DNA of 64,000 nt from Dictyostelium discoideum (Eukaryota). The DNA lies in the NCBI GenBank assembly GCA_000004695.1, contig CM000151.3:5056001-5120000 (forward strand). Reading direction: 5' to 3'. The notes below the pieces were generated by a model. That model did not search any database. It saw only the letters and a list, made by a program, of their open reading frames with translations, and was not told where the DNA came from. Position 1 is the first letter of the stretch, and the number at the start of each line of letters is the position of its first letter. The position numbers were made by a program, and so were the translations under genes. This document shows, in pieces, positions 14,972 to 28,299 of this stretch.

Positions 14972-15685
14972 ATGGTATTCAGATTTTTAGGTAATAATAA
15001 TAATAATAATAATGAATTACCAGATCAACAATTAATCAATGAAATTGGTTATCTTTCAAATTTTTCAAATGAACAATTAGAACAACTTTTAGATATTATA
15101 TTTGAATTTATGATTATTCAAAAATCTGAACAATTATTAAACCAAATTCAAGAATTTAGCAATGAACATTCAATCAATGAAAATACATTAAAGAATATAA
15201 TTAGAGGATGTATCATTTTCTTTAAATCATCAGCAAAGAATAATTTAACAATTGATCATCTTAGAGAGGACTGTATTCAATTCAAATTGGATGAAGAACA
15301 ATCTAAATTGGTATCAACGAAATATAAACAACATTATATTGAAATCTCTAGATCATTAGTTGGTAACTCTTTAACAATTAATCAAGTTTTAGATATGCAA
15401 TGGAGATTCGGTGTAACAACAAGTTCTTCTGAATTCACAAAATCAAATACAACAGGTTCAACATTTTTACAATTAAAATTAGTTTTAGATAAAGGAAATA
15501 ATATAAAAGAAGATGTTCATATGGGTAAATAATAAAAATAATAATAATAAAAAAAAAAAAAAAAAAAACCAAATAAAGAAACTAATTTATTTAATTTTAT
15601 ATATATAGAATTAACTTTACCTCAATTTTATGAATTTTTAAAAGAAATGCAAAGTGCAAAAGCAAGTTTAGAATATTTTAATTAA
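14972..15685 (+). CDS. COMM-domain protein (COMMD family); 2 exons join(14972..15524,15609..15685)
   Basis: The C-terminus has a COMM-domain pattern (INQVLDMQWRFGVTTSSSE...FLQLKLVLDKG). The ORF ends at ATG G|GTAAAT. The acceptor ATATATAG gives ...EDVHM-E-LTLPQFYEFLKEMQSAKASLEYFN*. This is a typical COMM C-terminal helix. Confidence 0.7.
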
Positions 15686-16045
15686 TTATTTATAATAAAA
15701 AAAAAAATAAAAAAAAATAATAAAAAAGGAAAGGTTGTAGAATAATAAAATAAAAAAAAAAAAAAAAAAGATTATTTTAATATTAAAATATTTTATATAC
15801 AATTTTATTTTTTGAGAAAGAGAATTAATTACATAAAAAAAAAAATATATAAATATTATTATTGTTATCATTATTATTATTATTTATTATTTTTGTTGTT
15901 GATATTTGAAACAATTGTACAATTGATTATATATTAAATGGTAGTTGAGCGTATTTGGGAAAAAAAAAAAAGAAATTTTAATATTTTTTATATAAAATTA
16001 AAATTTGGAAAATGATTTTTAAAACTATTTCAAGTTTAATTAATA

Positions 16046-16404
16046 TTATTTTAAATGATGATGGTTATGACTATTATTATTATTATTATTATTATTAATA
16101 TTAATTTCATTATCAGTTTCTTTTAATAATTGTAAAACTTGGTCACAATGTTCACATAAATTATTTGAAAGTCTTTCTAAGTATAATTTATAAGTATCTG
16201 TACTAACTAAATCTTTAATTTCAAAAGGTGAAATTAAAACTTGACAATCTTGATCTGGACAAATTATACTCTCCAATGTATCATTTTCAATATTTAATGT
16301 AACATAAGCTGATAAACATTCTTGACAAAAATTATGATTACAATTAAAAATATTTATAAAACTTTAAAAAAAAAAAAAAAAAAATTAATTAATAAATTGT
16401 AAAT

Positions 16405-16460
<56 letters not shown>

Positions 16461-16777
16461 CTTACTCAACATTATAATGATCAGAACTACATAATGTACA
16501 AACTTTAATATTATAAATATGTGGTGAAACTTCATTTTCTATATCCCAAGAGACCAAGTATGAAATTGGATCTTGACCTTGAACATCATTTATATACATT
16601 GGTGGCAATGTTAAACTATAATGAGTACTTATAATTGATTCTTCATAATATAATGGTAATTGTTGAATTATTTTACCACTTTTAGATAAAGATGATGATG
16701 ATGATGATTTTATTTGTTGACGTTGATTTTGTAGTTGTTGTTTTTGTTGTTGTTGTTGTTGTTGTTGTTTAAAACCT

Positions 16778-16809
<32 letters not shown>

Positions 16810-17957
16810 TTTATCATTTACTTCAACAACACCATTATTATCTTGATTATCTTCATTCACTTGATTACCTTGATTATCTTCATTTTCATTATTTTCATTA
16901 TTATCACCATCATTATCATTATCATCATTTTGATGATCATTTTCAAATTGTTTGGTTATAATTGTTGTAGTTGTACGTATTGAATATAAATTTAAGAAAA
17001 ATAAAGATTCTTCTTTTAACCAATTTGCCCAGATTGAAATGATTGGTAAGTTGATATTAGTATTCCAAAGTGTAATTAATTGATTTGATAATGTACACAA
17101 ACAATTTTCACTTAACCAATCACATTCTAATTTGAAAAATTCTAAACTTGAAAGGAGTGGATAATCATCATTATATTTAAAAGTTAAAAAAATTGGTGGT
17201 AATTTTGAAACAGTGCAATAATCTTCAAAATTTTCATTCTCTAATAATTTTGTTGTAAAAGAACTTAATCCAATTCTATCTGCTGGCAAATCGAATGATA
17301 AACATAACTTTTGTTGTTTTTTTTTTAAAAAAGAAAAAAAAAAAAAAAAGTTGATTTGTTTTGTATTGAGTCGAAGGGTGATTTTGTAGTTTTGTGGTTT
17401 CGGATGTTTAAAAAAAAAATAAAAAAAAAAAAAAAATAAAAAAAAATTGTAGTTTGTTGTGTTTGATTGATTGCGTGAGTGGGTGAGTGGTAAAAAAAAA
17501 AAAAGTATGAGTTTTATATTTTTATTTTTAGAATCTAACCACACTTTCCAATTTTTTTTTTTTTTTTTTTTTTTTTTTGTAAAATGATTGATTCGAATTG
17601 AATTTAAAATTAATTAATTTAAAAAAAAAAAATAAAAAGATAAAATATATATTTTTATTTACATACCCTATAACATCTATCAGTGTTTTTTATTATGAGA
17701 AAATTATTTCTATATAATTGTTTTAAAGTATAAATTTCATTTTGTTGTAATGTTTTAATTAAATCGCTTATAATTTTATCTTGAAGTAAAGAATTTTTTC
17801 TACTTCTTGTTTTTATTTCCCCTGGTGATTCATGTTGTAATGGTTGTTGATCATCATAAAATTGTTGATTATTATAATATAATTGTTCATTTATTTGTTT
17901 TTGATTTATTTGAGTATGATTATGATTGTGTTTACCTTTTGATTTATAATGTTCCAT
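16046..17957 (-). CDS. RWD-domain + RING-type zinc finger protein; 3 exons approx complement(join(16046..16361,16466..17307,17667..17957))
   Basis: Exon 1 (MEHYKSKG...QQNEIYTLKQLY...DRCYR) ends AGG|GTATGT. A ~359-bp intron holding a long poly-T/A tract ends CAACAAAAG. Exon 2 (LCLSFDLPADRIG...YPLLSSLEFFKLECDWLSE...) has an RWD/UBC-like fold followed by an acidic poly-N/Q region. The second junction GA|GTAAGT...TTTTAAAG joins ...KVCTLCSSDHYNV-D-FINIFNCNHNFCQECLSAY...CPDQDC...CEHCDQ. This is a RING/IBR-like Cys cluster. Confidence 0.6.
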
Positions 17958-17977
17958 TTTTTTTTTTTTAATAATTT

Positions 17978-18012
<35 letters not shown>

Positions 18013-18262
18013 ATTAATATTAAAAAATAAATAGATAAATAAATAACTAAATTATAAAAAAAAAATTATTTAAAAATTTTAAATAAATATGAATATATAG
18101 TAAAATTGTATAATTATAAAAATAATAAAAAATTAAAATGAATTATAATGTGCTTAAGTAATAAAAAATATTTTGATTTTTTTTTTTTTTTTTTTTTTTT
18201 TTTATTACAAAAATAAAAAAATAAAAAAAAAAATAATAATAACAATAAAAAAATTAAGTTGG

Positions 18263-18302
<40 letters not shown>

Positions 18303-19374
18303 CATAAAAATTCACATCTTGAGGTGTTTTGCAGAGAGATATAAAAAGATTTTTCAATTTTTTTTTTTTTTTTTTAATCTTTTTTATTTTCAGAGGAGGG
18401 GGTCTTAATATTTTTTTTTTTTCTTTTTTTTTTTTTTTTTCTTTTTTTTTGATTGACAGATTAACATCAATTGAAAGAAAGTACTTTACTATAATTTTTT
18501 TTAATTTATTTTTTTTTTTTTTTTTTTTATTTTTTATTTTCTAAAGAATCCGTTTAATTGAAAAAAATAAAAAAAAAGAAAAATAAAAAAATAAAAAAAT
18601 AAAAAAAATGACCATACACACGTGTGATAGATATCTTTTTTACCTTTTTTGTTTTGTGATACCATAATTAATTTGCCCAAACCGGTTTGGATTTTAAAGT
18701 TAAAAAAAAAAAAAAAAAAAATGAATATAAATTTTTTTAGTAGTGAAAATCAAAAACATATTGGTTGGAAATTTGGATGGAATATGTTTTTTTATTTCTA
18801 ACCATATCGTTTTTGTTTTAATTATTTTACAATAATTATAATCAGAGATTAATTTTTTGTGTTGGATTGAGTGTGTACGAAATATTCTAATATTTGTGAG
18901 TGTTTATATAAAATTCTCAATTTAATCACTAATATATACAAATTTAACAGAGTGTTTCTTTGAGTGGGTGGTTTAATTATTGGATGTGGGTTTTAACAAA
19001 AAACATTTTGGAAAATTTAGGAAAATAAAAAATTTAAATCACAATATATATATTTTTTTTTTTTTTTTTTTTTTTTTAATAATTAAAAGAATTAAGTTCA
19101 TCAATTTTTTAAAAATTCAAATTATAAGAAACCATTTTATTAGGCCACGGTTTTGAGATCTCATACCATTAAAAACAAGGTTATAATTTCCAAAAAAAAA
19201 AAAAAAAAAAAAAAAAATAAAAAAAAAAAAAAAAAATAAAAAACAATTTTTTTTATGTTTCAATTAATTGAAAATCGAATTAAGAGTGTACTGAAAAAAA
19301 AAAAGATTGTAAACATAATTAATAATATTTAAAAGAAAAATAAAATAAAAATGTTTTATTAGAAAATTAATAAT

Positions 19375-19417
<43 letters not shown>

Positions 19418-19840
19418 TGGAATTTGGCTGGAATTAAATCGCCATTTTACTTTTTTGTTATTTGTTAAATCGTAATCGATTTAAAAAGTTGATTGATTTT
19501 TTAAAATCAATTTGATTTAATGTAAAGAGTGTGGGAGATTTATGAGTGGTTAAATAAAAAAAAAAAAAAAAAATTGTTTACAATTTATATTATTTTTTTT
19601 TTTTTTTTAATAATTAAAAACAATAAAAAAATAATAATAATAAAATATTACTTTACAATATTATTATTTTTTAATTATTAAAAACAATAAAATAAAATTA
19701 AAGATAAAAAGAATTAATAAATGTAAAAAAAATAAAATAAAATAAAAAAAATAAAAAATAATTTTGAAAATGAGAGATAGAAACACTTTATTTGATCAAA
19801 AATGATTTTAGAATTGAGAAATTAAAATCAAAAAAATATT

Positions 19841-19987
19841 TTATGGGGTAATTCTATCTTTTGTACGTTGGTAAACACAAACATTACGAATATGTTCTTC
19901 TTTGAGCATCCAAGTAAGGAAACGTTCAACACCTGTTTTTTAAAAATAGAAAATTGAAAATAAAAATATTAATAAAAAAACAATGAA

Positions 19988-20046
<59 letters not shown>

Positions 20047-22052
20047 TAAAATATATATTTACCTAAACCATAACCACCATGTTGAGTAGTACCATATTTA
20101 CGTTGATCAGTGAACCAATAATATTCATCAGTATCAAGACCAGCTTTTTTATAAGCTGCAACCAATTCATTGAAATCTGAAATTCTCATAGAACCACCAA
20201 CGATTTCACCAACACCTGGCATTAAGAGATCAAGAGATTCAGTGAGAGTTCTATCTTCTGGACATCTAGCCATGTAGAAAGCTTTCATTTCAGCAGGGAA
20301 TCTACAGAGGAAGATTGGTTCACCGATTTGATCATTCATTCTTCTTTCTTGAGCCTCTGGAATATCATCACCAAATTCGAAATCGACTTCAGTACCATCT
20401 TCAAGTTTCTTTTGGATACCATTCTTTTTACAATATTCGATAGCATCGGAATAGTTCATTCTCATGAATGGTCTCTTTGGTACTTTAAAGTCTGGATTGA
20501 CAGAGAGGATCAATTCTGGGTCCATTTTGAAGAGTTTTTCACAAACATCGACAACCAAGAATTCGATACGATCTTGAAGTTCCTCGTAGGTGATGAATGG
20601 ACATTCAGCTTCCAAATGTAAAAACTCGGTTAAATGACGACGAGTACGAGCCTTTTCAGCACGATAACTTTGAGTGATGGTGAAATTGTCACCGAGTACT
20701 GGTAACATAGTTTCGAGGTATAATTGTGATGATTGAGTGAGATAGGCTGGTTTACCAAAGTAGTCGACGGTGAAGAGTTCAGAACCACCTTCACAGTAGG
20801 TGTTTACGAGGGTTGGTGGAGTGACTTCCATATAATGATTTTCGAAAAAGTGTTGACGGAATGCAAACAAACATAATGAACGAATCTTCATGATGGATGA
20901 GGCACGAGTACCTCTCATCATGATATGACGTTGGTCGAATAAATGATCGACGTTTGATTCTTGATTGATAACACCCTCTAAATCGGCATTACTTGGTCCT
21001 AATAATTCCCAGTAGTCTGCTTGGAGCTCGACGCCACCTGGACACTTCTTATCGGCTGGTGGAATCACCAAGGTACCAACAATCTTTACAGTGGCTTCAC
21101 GTAATAATTTATCAATGATTGATGGATGAACCAAGTCACCTGATAAAACACATTGAAGGAAACCAGTACCATCACGTAACTCTAAAAATACAATCTTCTT
21201 TTGATTTCTAACATGATGTGCCCATGCATGAACTTCAACACGTTGATTGGCAAATTTTGGTGAACATTCTCTAATCTTTAATCTCTTTGGTGTTGGTAAG
21301 CTTGCATCTTGTTTCAATGTAATTGCTGCTAATTGCTCTTCAATCTTTTTAACTGGTGCAGTGGTTGTTGCTGCTACTTTCTTTTCTTTAGCTTCAACAA
21401 CTTTTGGTCCTAATGTTGTCTCTAATTTTTTATCTAACATTATTTTAACTTCTTTTAAATCTGCCCATTTTAATGATTCTTTTAATGGATTTAATAAATC
21501 ACCAATTGGTATATGCCATCTTTTATTTAAAAATAATCCAATCAAAATAAAAATAAAAAATAAAAATAAAAAATATTGATGTGGTGTGTTAATAATTTTG
21601 TTTTTTTTTTTTTTTTAAAAAAAAATTTTTAATTTATACTTTTTTTCAGAAATTTCAGTAGCTTTTTTAGTGAATAAATCATCAATAGCTTTTTGAATTT
21701 GTTCTGGTGTGATGACAACACCAACACCACAAAAATCGTTAAATGTATCTTGATTGAATTCTTTGTTATCTTTTAAGTATTGAGTTGCAGCTTGGAATTG
21801 AATGGTGGTTTTAATTTTTTCTTCACCAATTGCTTTTGAAACGTTTGAACGAATTGGTGAGTTTACTTGTTGACAAGTTGCTAAACTATATAAAAGGTTA
21901 CCAATTGATTTATCACAACCTTTTGAAACGGATGCTTCTTCAATAATGGTTTTTAATAATGCAGTAAGATCTTTATTTTTTAAAGTATCTTTTGCTCTCT
22001 TTTCATCTAATCCAATTGAAAGGAATAATTTTTGATCTTCTTCTGTTGACAT
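19841..22052 (-). CDS. asnS1: Asparagine--tRNA ligase (cytoplasmic AsnRS, class IIb) with N-terminal GlnRS-N (YqeY/GatB-like) appended domain; 3 exons approx complement(join(19841..19932,20063..21519,21640..22052)), ~653 aa
   Basis: The catalytic core matches eukaryotic NARS1: LRDGTGFLQCVL, TQSSQLYLE, QSYRAEKARTRRHLTEFLHLEAECPF, RMNYSDAIEYCKK, CRFPAEMKAFYM, GGSMRI, GGYGLG. The last exon is joined via GTAAAT...AACAG to give GGYGLG-VERFLTWML...VYQR. Exon 1 (MSTEEDQKLFLSIGLDEKRAKDTLKN...CGVGVVITPEQIQKAIDDLF) and the start of exon 2 (LKWADLKEVKIMLDKKLETTLGPK) align with the GlnRS N-terminal domain. The first junction is AA|GTATAA...AAATAAAAG (a weak donor). Confidence 0.85.
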
Positions 22053-22944
22053 TTCTTTTAATGTATATATAAAAGTATTTATATTAAAAAAAAATAAAAA
22101 AATAAAAATAAAAAAAGAAAAAAAAAAATTTTTTTTTTGAGATATCGGCTGAAAAAAAAAAAATAAAAAAAAAAATAAAAAAAAAAAAAATAAAAAAATG
22201 AAAAAAAAAAAAATGAAAAAAAAATTAATTATTTTTTGATTTTTTTCCCAATTTCCAAATTCAAACATTGTTATTACCAAAATAGAAAAAAAAAATAAGG
22301 ATTTAAATTTTTTTTACTAAAAAAAAAAAAAATTTACAATAATTTTATCAAAAAATAAAAAAATTAAATAAATAAATAAATAAAATTAAAAAAAATTAAA
22401 ATTATATATTAAAAAGAATCTTCATTTTTTTTATTCATTTTATCTTTCTTTTTTTTTTTTAATTCTTTTTTATTTTTACAAAAACTTAATTATTAATTTT
22501 TAATATTAGTTCATATTATAAAAATGCAGAGATCTAAATTCACAAAATAAAATAAAATTAAAAAAAAATTCATATATCCATGCTTTTTTTAATAAAAAAA
22601 AAATAAAAAAAAAATTCAAAAAAAAAATGGTTACTTTAATTTTTTTTTTTTTTTTTTCTATATTTTATGATTTTATTTTTGAGTTTTCTATTTATACTAA
22701 ACTCATATTAAAAATAAATAAATTAAAAAATTGTTAAAAAAAAAGAAAATTGAAAAGAAAAAAAAAATGAAAAAAAGTGGTCCATTTCCAAAAAATAAGG
22801 ATTGTGGATACACAAAAAAAAACTTTTTATCAAAAAATGGATAAAAGTAAAACACTAAAATAAAGGAAAAGTTAAAGAATGAAAAAAAAAAAAAAAAAAA
22901 ATTTTTTTACTCTACACATTACATTTTTATTTATTAATATAAAT

Positions 22945-24368
22945 TTATTTTAAAGATAAAACTTTATTTTTAACTAAATCATATTGTTTAAAACGTTTAA
23001 TAGCATAATCTATGTAATCAAAATCGATTGAAGAAGAGAAATGTTGAATTATACCCCAAAATCCCCACATTAAATGAGAACCTAATGTTAAGTGATTTGA
23101 TTCGATATAAAGATTATGAATTTCTTCTTTACTTGGTTCATATAATAATTCATCATTTTCAATATCCATATTTTCATCGTTGATACTATTTTGAATTTGT
23201 TGTTGTTGTTGTTTTTGTTTTTGTTTTTGTTGAATATTTTTACAATTATTAATTGAAATTAAATAATTTTTAATAAATCTTTTTTGAATTTCAATTGATG
23301 GATATTTTGTATAGTCTAAATCTAAACCAGAGAATTCACAAAAGAAATTACCAATATCATAACCTCTAAAATTGTAACCAGAATATTCGAAATCAATAAA
23401 TTTAACTTGACCCTTCTCTTTATTGTAAATCATATTTCTTGGTATTAAATCGTTATGACAAAAGTTGATATACTCTTCACCACTATAATGTTCTTCAATG
23501 AAGGACATTAAAGACATTGCTTCCTCTTTATAACGGTTTAAATTAATCTTTGAGATCATTGAACCCTTTGATTCCTTTGATGTTAATGTCATTGCATTAT
23601 TTATCCATGAATTTAAATTTTTAAATAATGATGTTGAAGATGTTTGTGTATTCATATTTCTTGGTGATAATGTTGAATTTTCTAATGATGGAGAAGTTGA
23701 TGGAGAAGTTGATGATGTTGATGTTGATGTTGATGTTGATGTTGATATTGTTGTTGATTCTTTAATAGACGAATCAGATGATGAAGATAATAATAATTGT
23801 GAATTTGAATTAATATCTAATTTAAGTGAATGCCATCTACCAGTTTCTTTTGCAATTAATGAGAGTATATTATTTTGATATAAATCCTCTAATTGTAATT
23901 GATCACCTTCAACATAACCATAGATACATCCATTTTCAAATGTACCATAAAATTTTGGACCAACTCCATTCTTACTTAATAAATATTGAATGTTTGCCTC
24001 AGTTTTTCTATCTATAAATTGTTCTGATCCTTTACCATATAATCTTATAATAACACTCTTATTACTACCTTGTCCTGTAATAAATGATGATTTAAATAAT
24101 GTATTTGTTACTCCACCGACCATTGGTTTAAATTCTATCTCTTCTTTTAAGTTATTATCAACCAATTCTTTTAAAATTTGACTATAAAAAAAAAAAAAAA
24201 AATTAATAAGTTAGTAAAAGAATTTTTAAAAAAAAAAAATTATTTTATAAATAATATTTACACCAAATTTAAATAATTTTCATTATTTTCAATATTTTCA
24301 TCTTCAAATTCAATATTTGTAGTAACATGTGATGGACCTGGATAAATAATATCTTCAAACTCGTTCAT
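22945..24368 (-). CDS. Choline/ethanolamine kinase family protein; 2 exons approx complement(join(22945..24181,24262..24368))
   Basis: Brenner motif FCHNDLIPRNMIY is present. The choline-kinase motif IDFEYSGYNFRGYDIGNFFCEF is present. The ATP-binding N-lobe reads VGGVTNTLFK. Exon 1 (MNEFEDIIYPGPSHV...NYLNL) ends GT|GTAAAT. The acceptor TTTTATAG gives V-QILKELVDNNLKEE... Confidence 0.8.
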
Positions 24369-24749
24369 TTTTTTTTATTTTTTTAATATTGTTGGATTAA
24401 TAGGTTGTGTTTTTAAAATTATTATTATTATTATTTTAAATTAATTTAAATATTTTCTAATTTTTTTTTTGTTTTTTTTTTTTTTTTTTTTTTTTTTTTG
24501 TTTCTTTTCTTCTTTTAAATAAATAATTGATTTGGTATTCTTGTTGGTTTGGCTATTGCTTTTTCTTTTAATTGGATTAATAGTTTTTTAGTTTTTTTAT
24601 TTTTTTATTTTAAAGGAAAGCTTGTTTTTTTAAATAAAAATTAAGGAAATTTTTTTTTTTTTTTTTTTTTTAAATATTTATAAAAATACAAAATGGTATA
24701 AATATATTATTTGATTAAATGAGTTGCCAATTAAATGAAAAAAATTTAT

Positions 24750-24799
<50 letters not shown>

Positions 24800-25462
24800 C
24801 TAAAAAAAAATTTGAAAATTAAAGTAGCAAATGTATGTGAGTGTGATATATATGAGTCAATGAAAGAAAAGTGGAAGCAAATAACCAATCCAACACAACT
24901 GATATTTGTTTAATTATCCCATGTAAATTAATGGTTCGTCACTTTTAAATTTGATCTAAAAAAACAAAAAAAAATATCTGAAACGTATTTTTTAATTATT
25001 TTTTATTATTTTTATTTTTATTATTTTTATTATTTTTTTTTTTTTTTTTTTTTTTTTTGTGGTTGCGGTTCTTTGTGTAATTGATAATTATTTGTGTGTG
25101 TTTGTGTGTATTTATCTGATCTAAAAAAACCAATGAAAAAAAAAAAAAAAAAAATTTATAATAATAAAAAAAAAATTATAAAAACTAAAAAAAAAAAACA
25201 AATTTAAAAAAAAAAAAAAAAAAAAATAAAAATAAAAATAATAAAAAATAAAAATAAAAATACGACGAATTTTCGTACAATTGTTGACAGGTTGTCTAAA
25301 AATATAATATATAATATTTTTTTTTTTTAAAATTTTTTTTTTATTTTTTTATTTTTTTATTTTTTTTATTTTTTGTTTTTTCCTTTTTTAGGAAATAAAA
25401 ATTTTTTATTTCCTATTTTCATTTTTTTTTTATTTTTTGTTTCTTATTTTTTTACTAAAATT

Positions 25463-25710
25463 CTAAAATACTAAAACACCTGCACTCCCCACCCTAATTG
25501 AATCATCACCAGCACTTTTATCTAAATTATATTCATCTTGATCATCATCACGATCATCATCACTAATTATTGATTGTTTTTTAAATACACTTAATAAATT
25601 ATTTTTACTTTCATCAAAACCACTATCATCAGCACCATAATCATCAGCACCACCACCATAACTGTTTCGTATATTAATAATACTCGAATTAATACTTTCA
25701 TTTCTATTTA

Positions 25711-25774
<64 letters not shown>

Positions 25775-25882
25775 GTTATTATTATCATCATCAGTTTGTG
25801 AAATTATTGATGTTGAAACTATAATTTTACTAAATGAATTTTCAGATGACGAATGTGAAATCGAATTTGATATTATATCACC

Positions 25883-25923
<41 letters not shown>

Positions 25924-27066
25924 CAATTGAATGTGGAGGTAATTCAATTGACCCATTATTTATATCGTATTGTTGTTTTTCATATTTATATAATGCATCT
26001 TTTTTATTCTCTCTATATTTTGATACCATGACAGCACCAACACCAAATAAAATTACAAAACCACCTACAATATTTAATGGAGTTAATATTTCACTTAAGA
26101 AAATGTAAGCCAACACTCCAGTCAATAGTGGTTCCACTGTGAGATACACAGATACAGTGGTAGAATCACTTTTTGCAACAGCCCAACTTGATGCAAAAAA
26201 TGCATATGCAGTTGCAAATATCGCACAATATATAACAGATAACCAACCAAATAATGAAATTTGAGCAACTTGTGAACTAATTTCACTTTTTGCAATAAGC
26301 AATGCAATTGCTATCACTGGTGGTGTACCAATTGTAAATGACCATGCCATACATTTTGATGCACTCATACCACCATCATCAATCAATGGTTTTTGTGATA
26401 ATAAAAATATAGCATATGCCAATGTGTTTCCTAAAAAACATAAATTACCAAATAAAATATTATTCCTATTTGAATCATTTGATTTCAAATGTGTGAAATC
26501 TACCATCAACACTGCACCAATCACTGCAATTGCAACACCTATACTATAATAATAAAAATAATAAAAAAATTAATAAATTATTTTTTATTTTTTTATCAAA
26601 ACACACACACACACACACGGACATACAATTTTAATTTTGTTTTTCTTTCAAATTTTAATAATACAGCAAGGATTGCACTGAATACTGGGGTTAGGGGTTG
26701 AACGATTGCAGCATTAGTGGCACCACTGAGATAGAGACCGTAGAGGAATAATGATTGATTTATAGTTACTGAAAATATTCCAGATATTGATAATAATATA
26801 AATTCTTTTTTTGTTGGTAATTTAAATACTGTGTCTGGTGATAATATTATTGCCATTAACCAAAGTAATGGTGTTGCAATAACTAATCTAAACATTAAAA
26901 ATACGAATGGTGGTATATTATCCATTGCTAATTTTGCAACTATATAAAATACTGAAAATACTAAACATACTGATAATAATACTAAATGAACTTTTAAATC
27001 TTCAAATGTAATTCCTTTTATAGTTTTTTTTATTCTTGTTTTTAATGAGAAATCCATTTTAACCAT
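25463..27066 (-). CDS. EamA-domain drug/metabolite transporter (DMT superfamily, WAT1/nodulin-MtN21-like); 2 exons approx complement(join(25463..26543,26627..27066))
   Basis: Two EamA halves with about 10 TM helices. Exon 1 (MVKMDFSLK...LAVLLKFERKTKLK) ends TT|GTATGT. The 83-bp intron contains (GT)n. The acceptor TATAG gives F-IGVAIAVIGAVLMVDF.... The cytoplasmic tail is poly-N/D-rich. Confidence 0.75.
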
Positions 27067-27229
27067 TTTTTTTTTAAAAATATATAAATATATATATATA
27101 TATATATAAATATATATAAATATATATAAATAAATATATAAATAATAAAAAATTAAATTACTATAAAAATAATAATATTTTAATTTAGTTAAAAAAAATA
27201 GAATTATTTTTATTTAATTTTTTTAATTT

Positions 27230-27265
<36 letters not shown>

Positions 27266-27681
27266 AAAAAAAAAAGTGGAATTAAATCTGCAGCACAGAT
27301 CACAAAATAAAATAAAAAAAAAAAAAAAATAATAAAATAAAACTAAAAAAAGTTAAATTTAAGAATAATTATGTGATGAAAAAAAAAAAAAAAAATCGAG
27401 AATTATTTTTAAAATTTTAAAAAAATCTTTTTTTGATTTGTTTGTACTGGCACATAACCAGGTGATTTGTTTATTTTTTTTTTTTTTTTTTAATTTTTTT
27501 TATTTTTTTTTATTTTTTTTTTTCACAATTTTTGGTGTGTATTAAAAAAGTAAAAAAGTGATTGTGGGGCCTAATTTATTATTTAATATTTTTAACAGGA
27601 ATTACAAGTTTTATTTAACAAAAGTTCAAATTATTATTTGGTTTTTTAAAGAAAAAATATATCCAGAAATCCTTTAACCCA

Positions 27682-27713
<32 letters not shown>

Positions 27714-28017
27714 GATTAATTTAATTTCTGACAATTCACAATTAAATATTAATTTGACAATGAAATAAATAAAAATAAAAAAATAAAAAAAATAAAATAA
27801 ATAAAAATTATAATTTTTACCCAATGGTATCACCGACACATCAAAGTTCGTTTTTTTTCTTTGATTTCTTTTTTTTTTAATTTTTTTTTTTTTAATTTTT
27901 TTTTTTTCCCAACACATGTATTTTTTTTTATTTTTTTTATTTTCAAAATTTAAAATAGAATTAAAAAAAAAAAAAAAAAAAAAAGTTGAATATATATAAA
28001 TAATAAAATTTTAAAAT

Positions 28018-28256
28018 ATGAGTAGTGAAAATAACCTACCAAAACCACCAGGTTTCAAAGTTATTTTTAATCATATTTTATTATTATTATTAATATTATT
28101 TATAGTATTATTTGTATTAACATCAATTACATTAATTTCAAGATTATCAAAATCTAGAAAAAATAAACAATCTAAAAAATTATCGTATAGAACTAGAGCT
28201 GAAGTTTATTTAACAGTATCTGGTATTATACAATGGATTGTAAAAATCTTTATATT

Positions 28257-28299
<43 letters not shown>

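Noticed and set aside
17400-19860. tRNA or other small RNA genes in the long intergenic stretches (for example GC islands at 18601-18700, 18841-19000, 19141-19170, 27441-27470, 27800-27850, 39730-39780)
   Set aside because: No cloverleaf-compatible T-loop (GTTCGANTC) or acceptor pairing was found. Nor was the Dictyostelium class I RNA motif CCTTACAGCAA. These are left as unexplained GC islands.
21615-22280. Treating ORF 21615..22280 as an independent gene upstream of AsnRS
   Set aside because: Its homology block continues into the first 25 codons of the AsnRS ORF (LKWAD...LGPK). A 120-bp intron joins the frames. The upstream part of that ORF (poly-F) is a read-through of the promoter poly-T.
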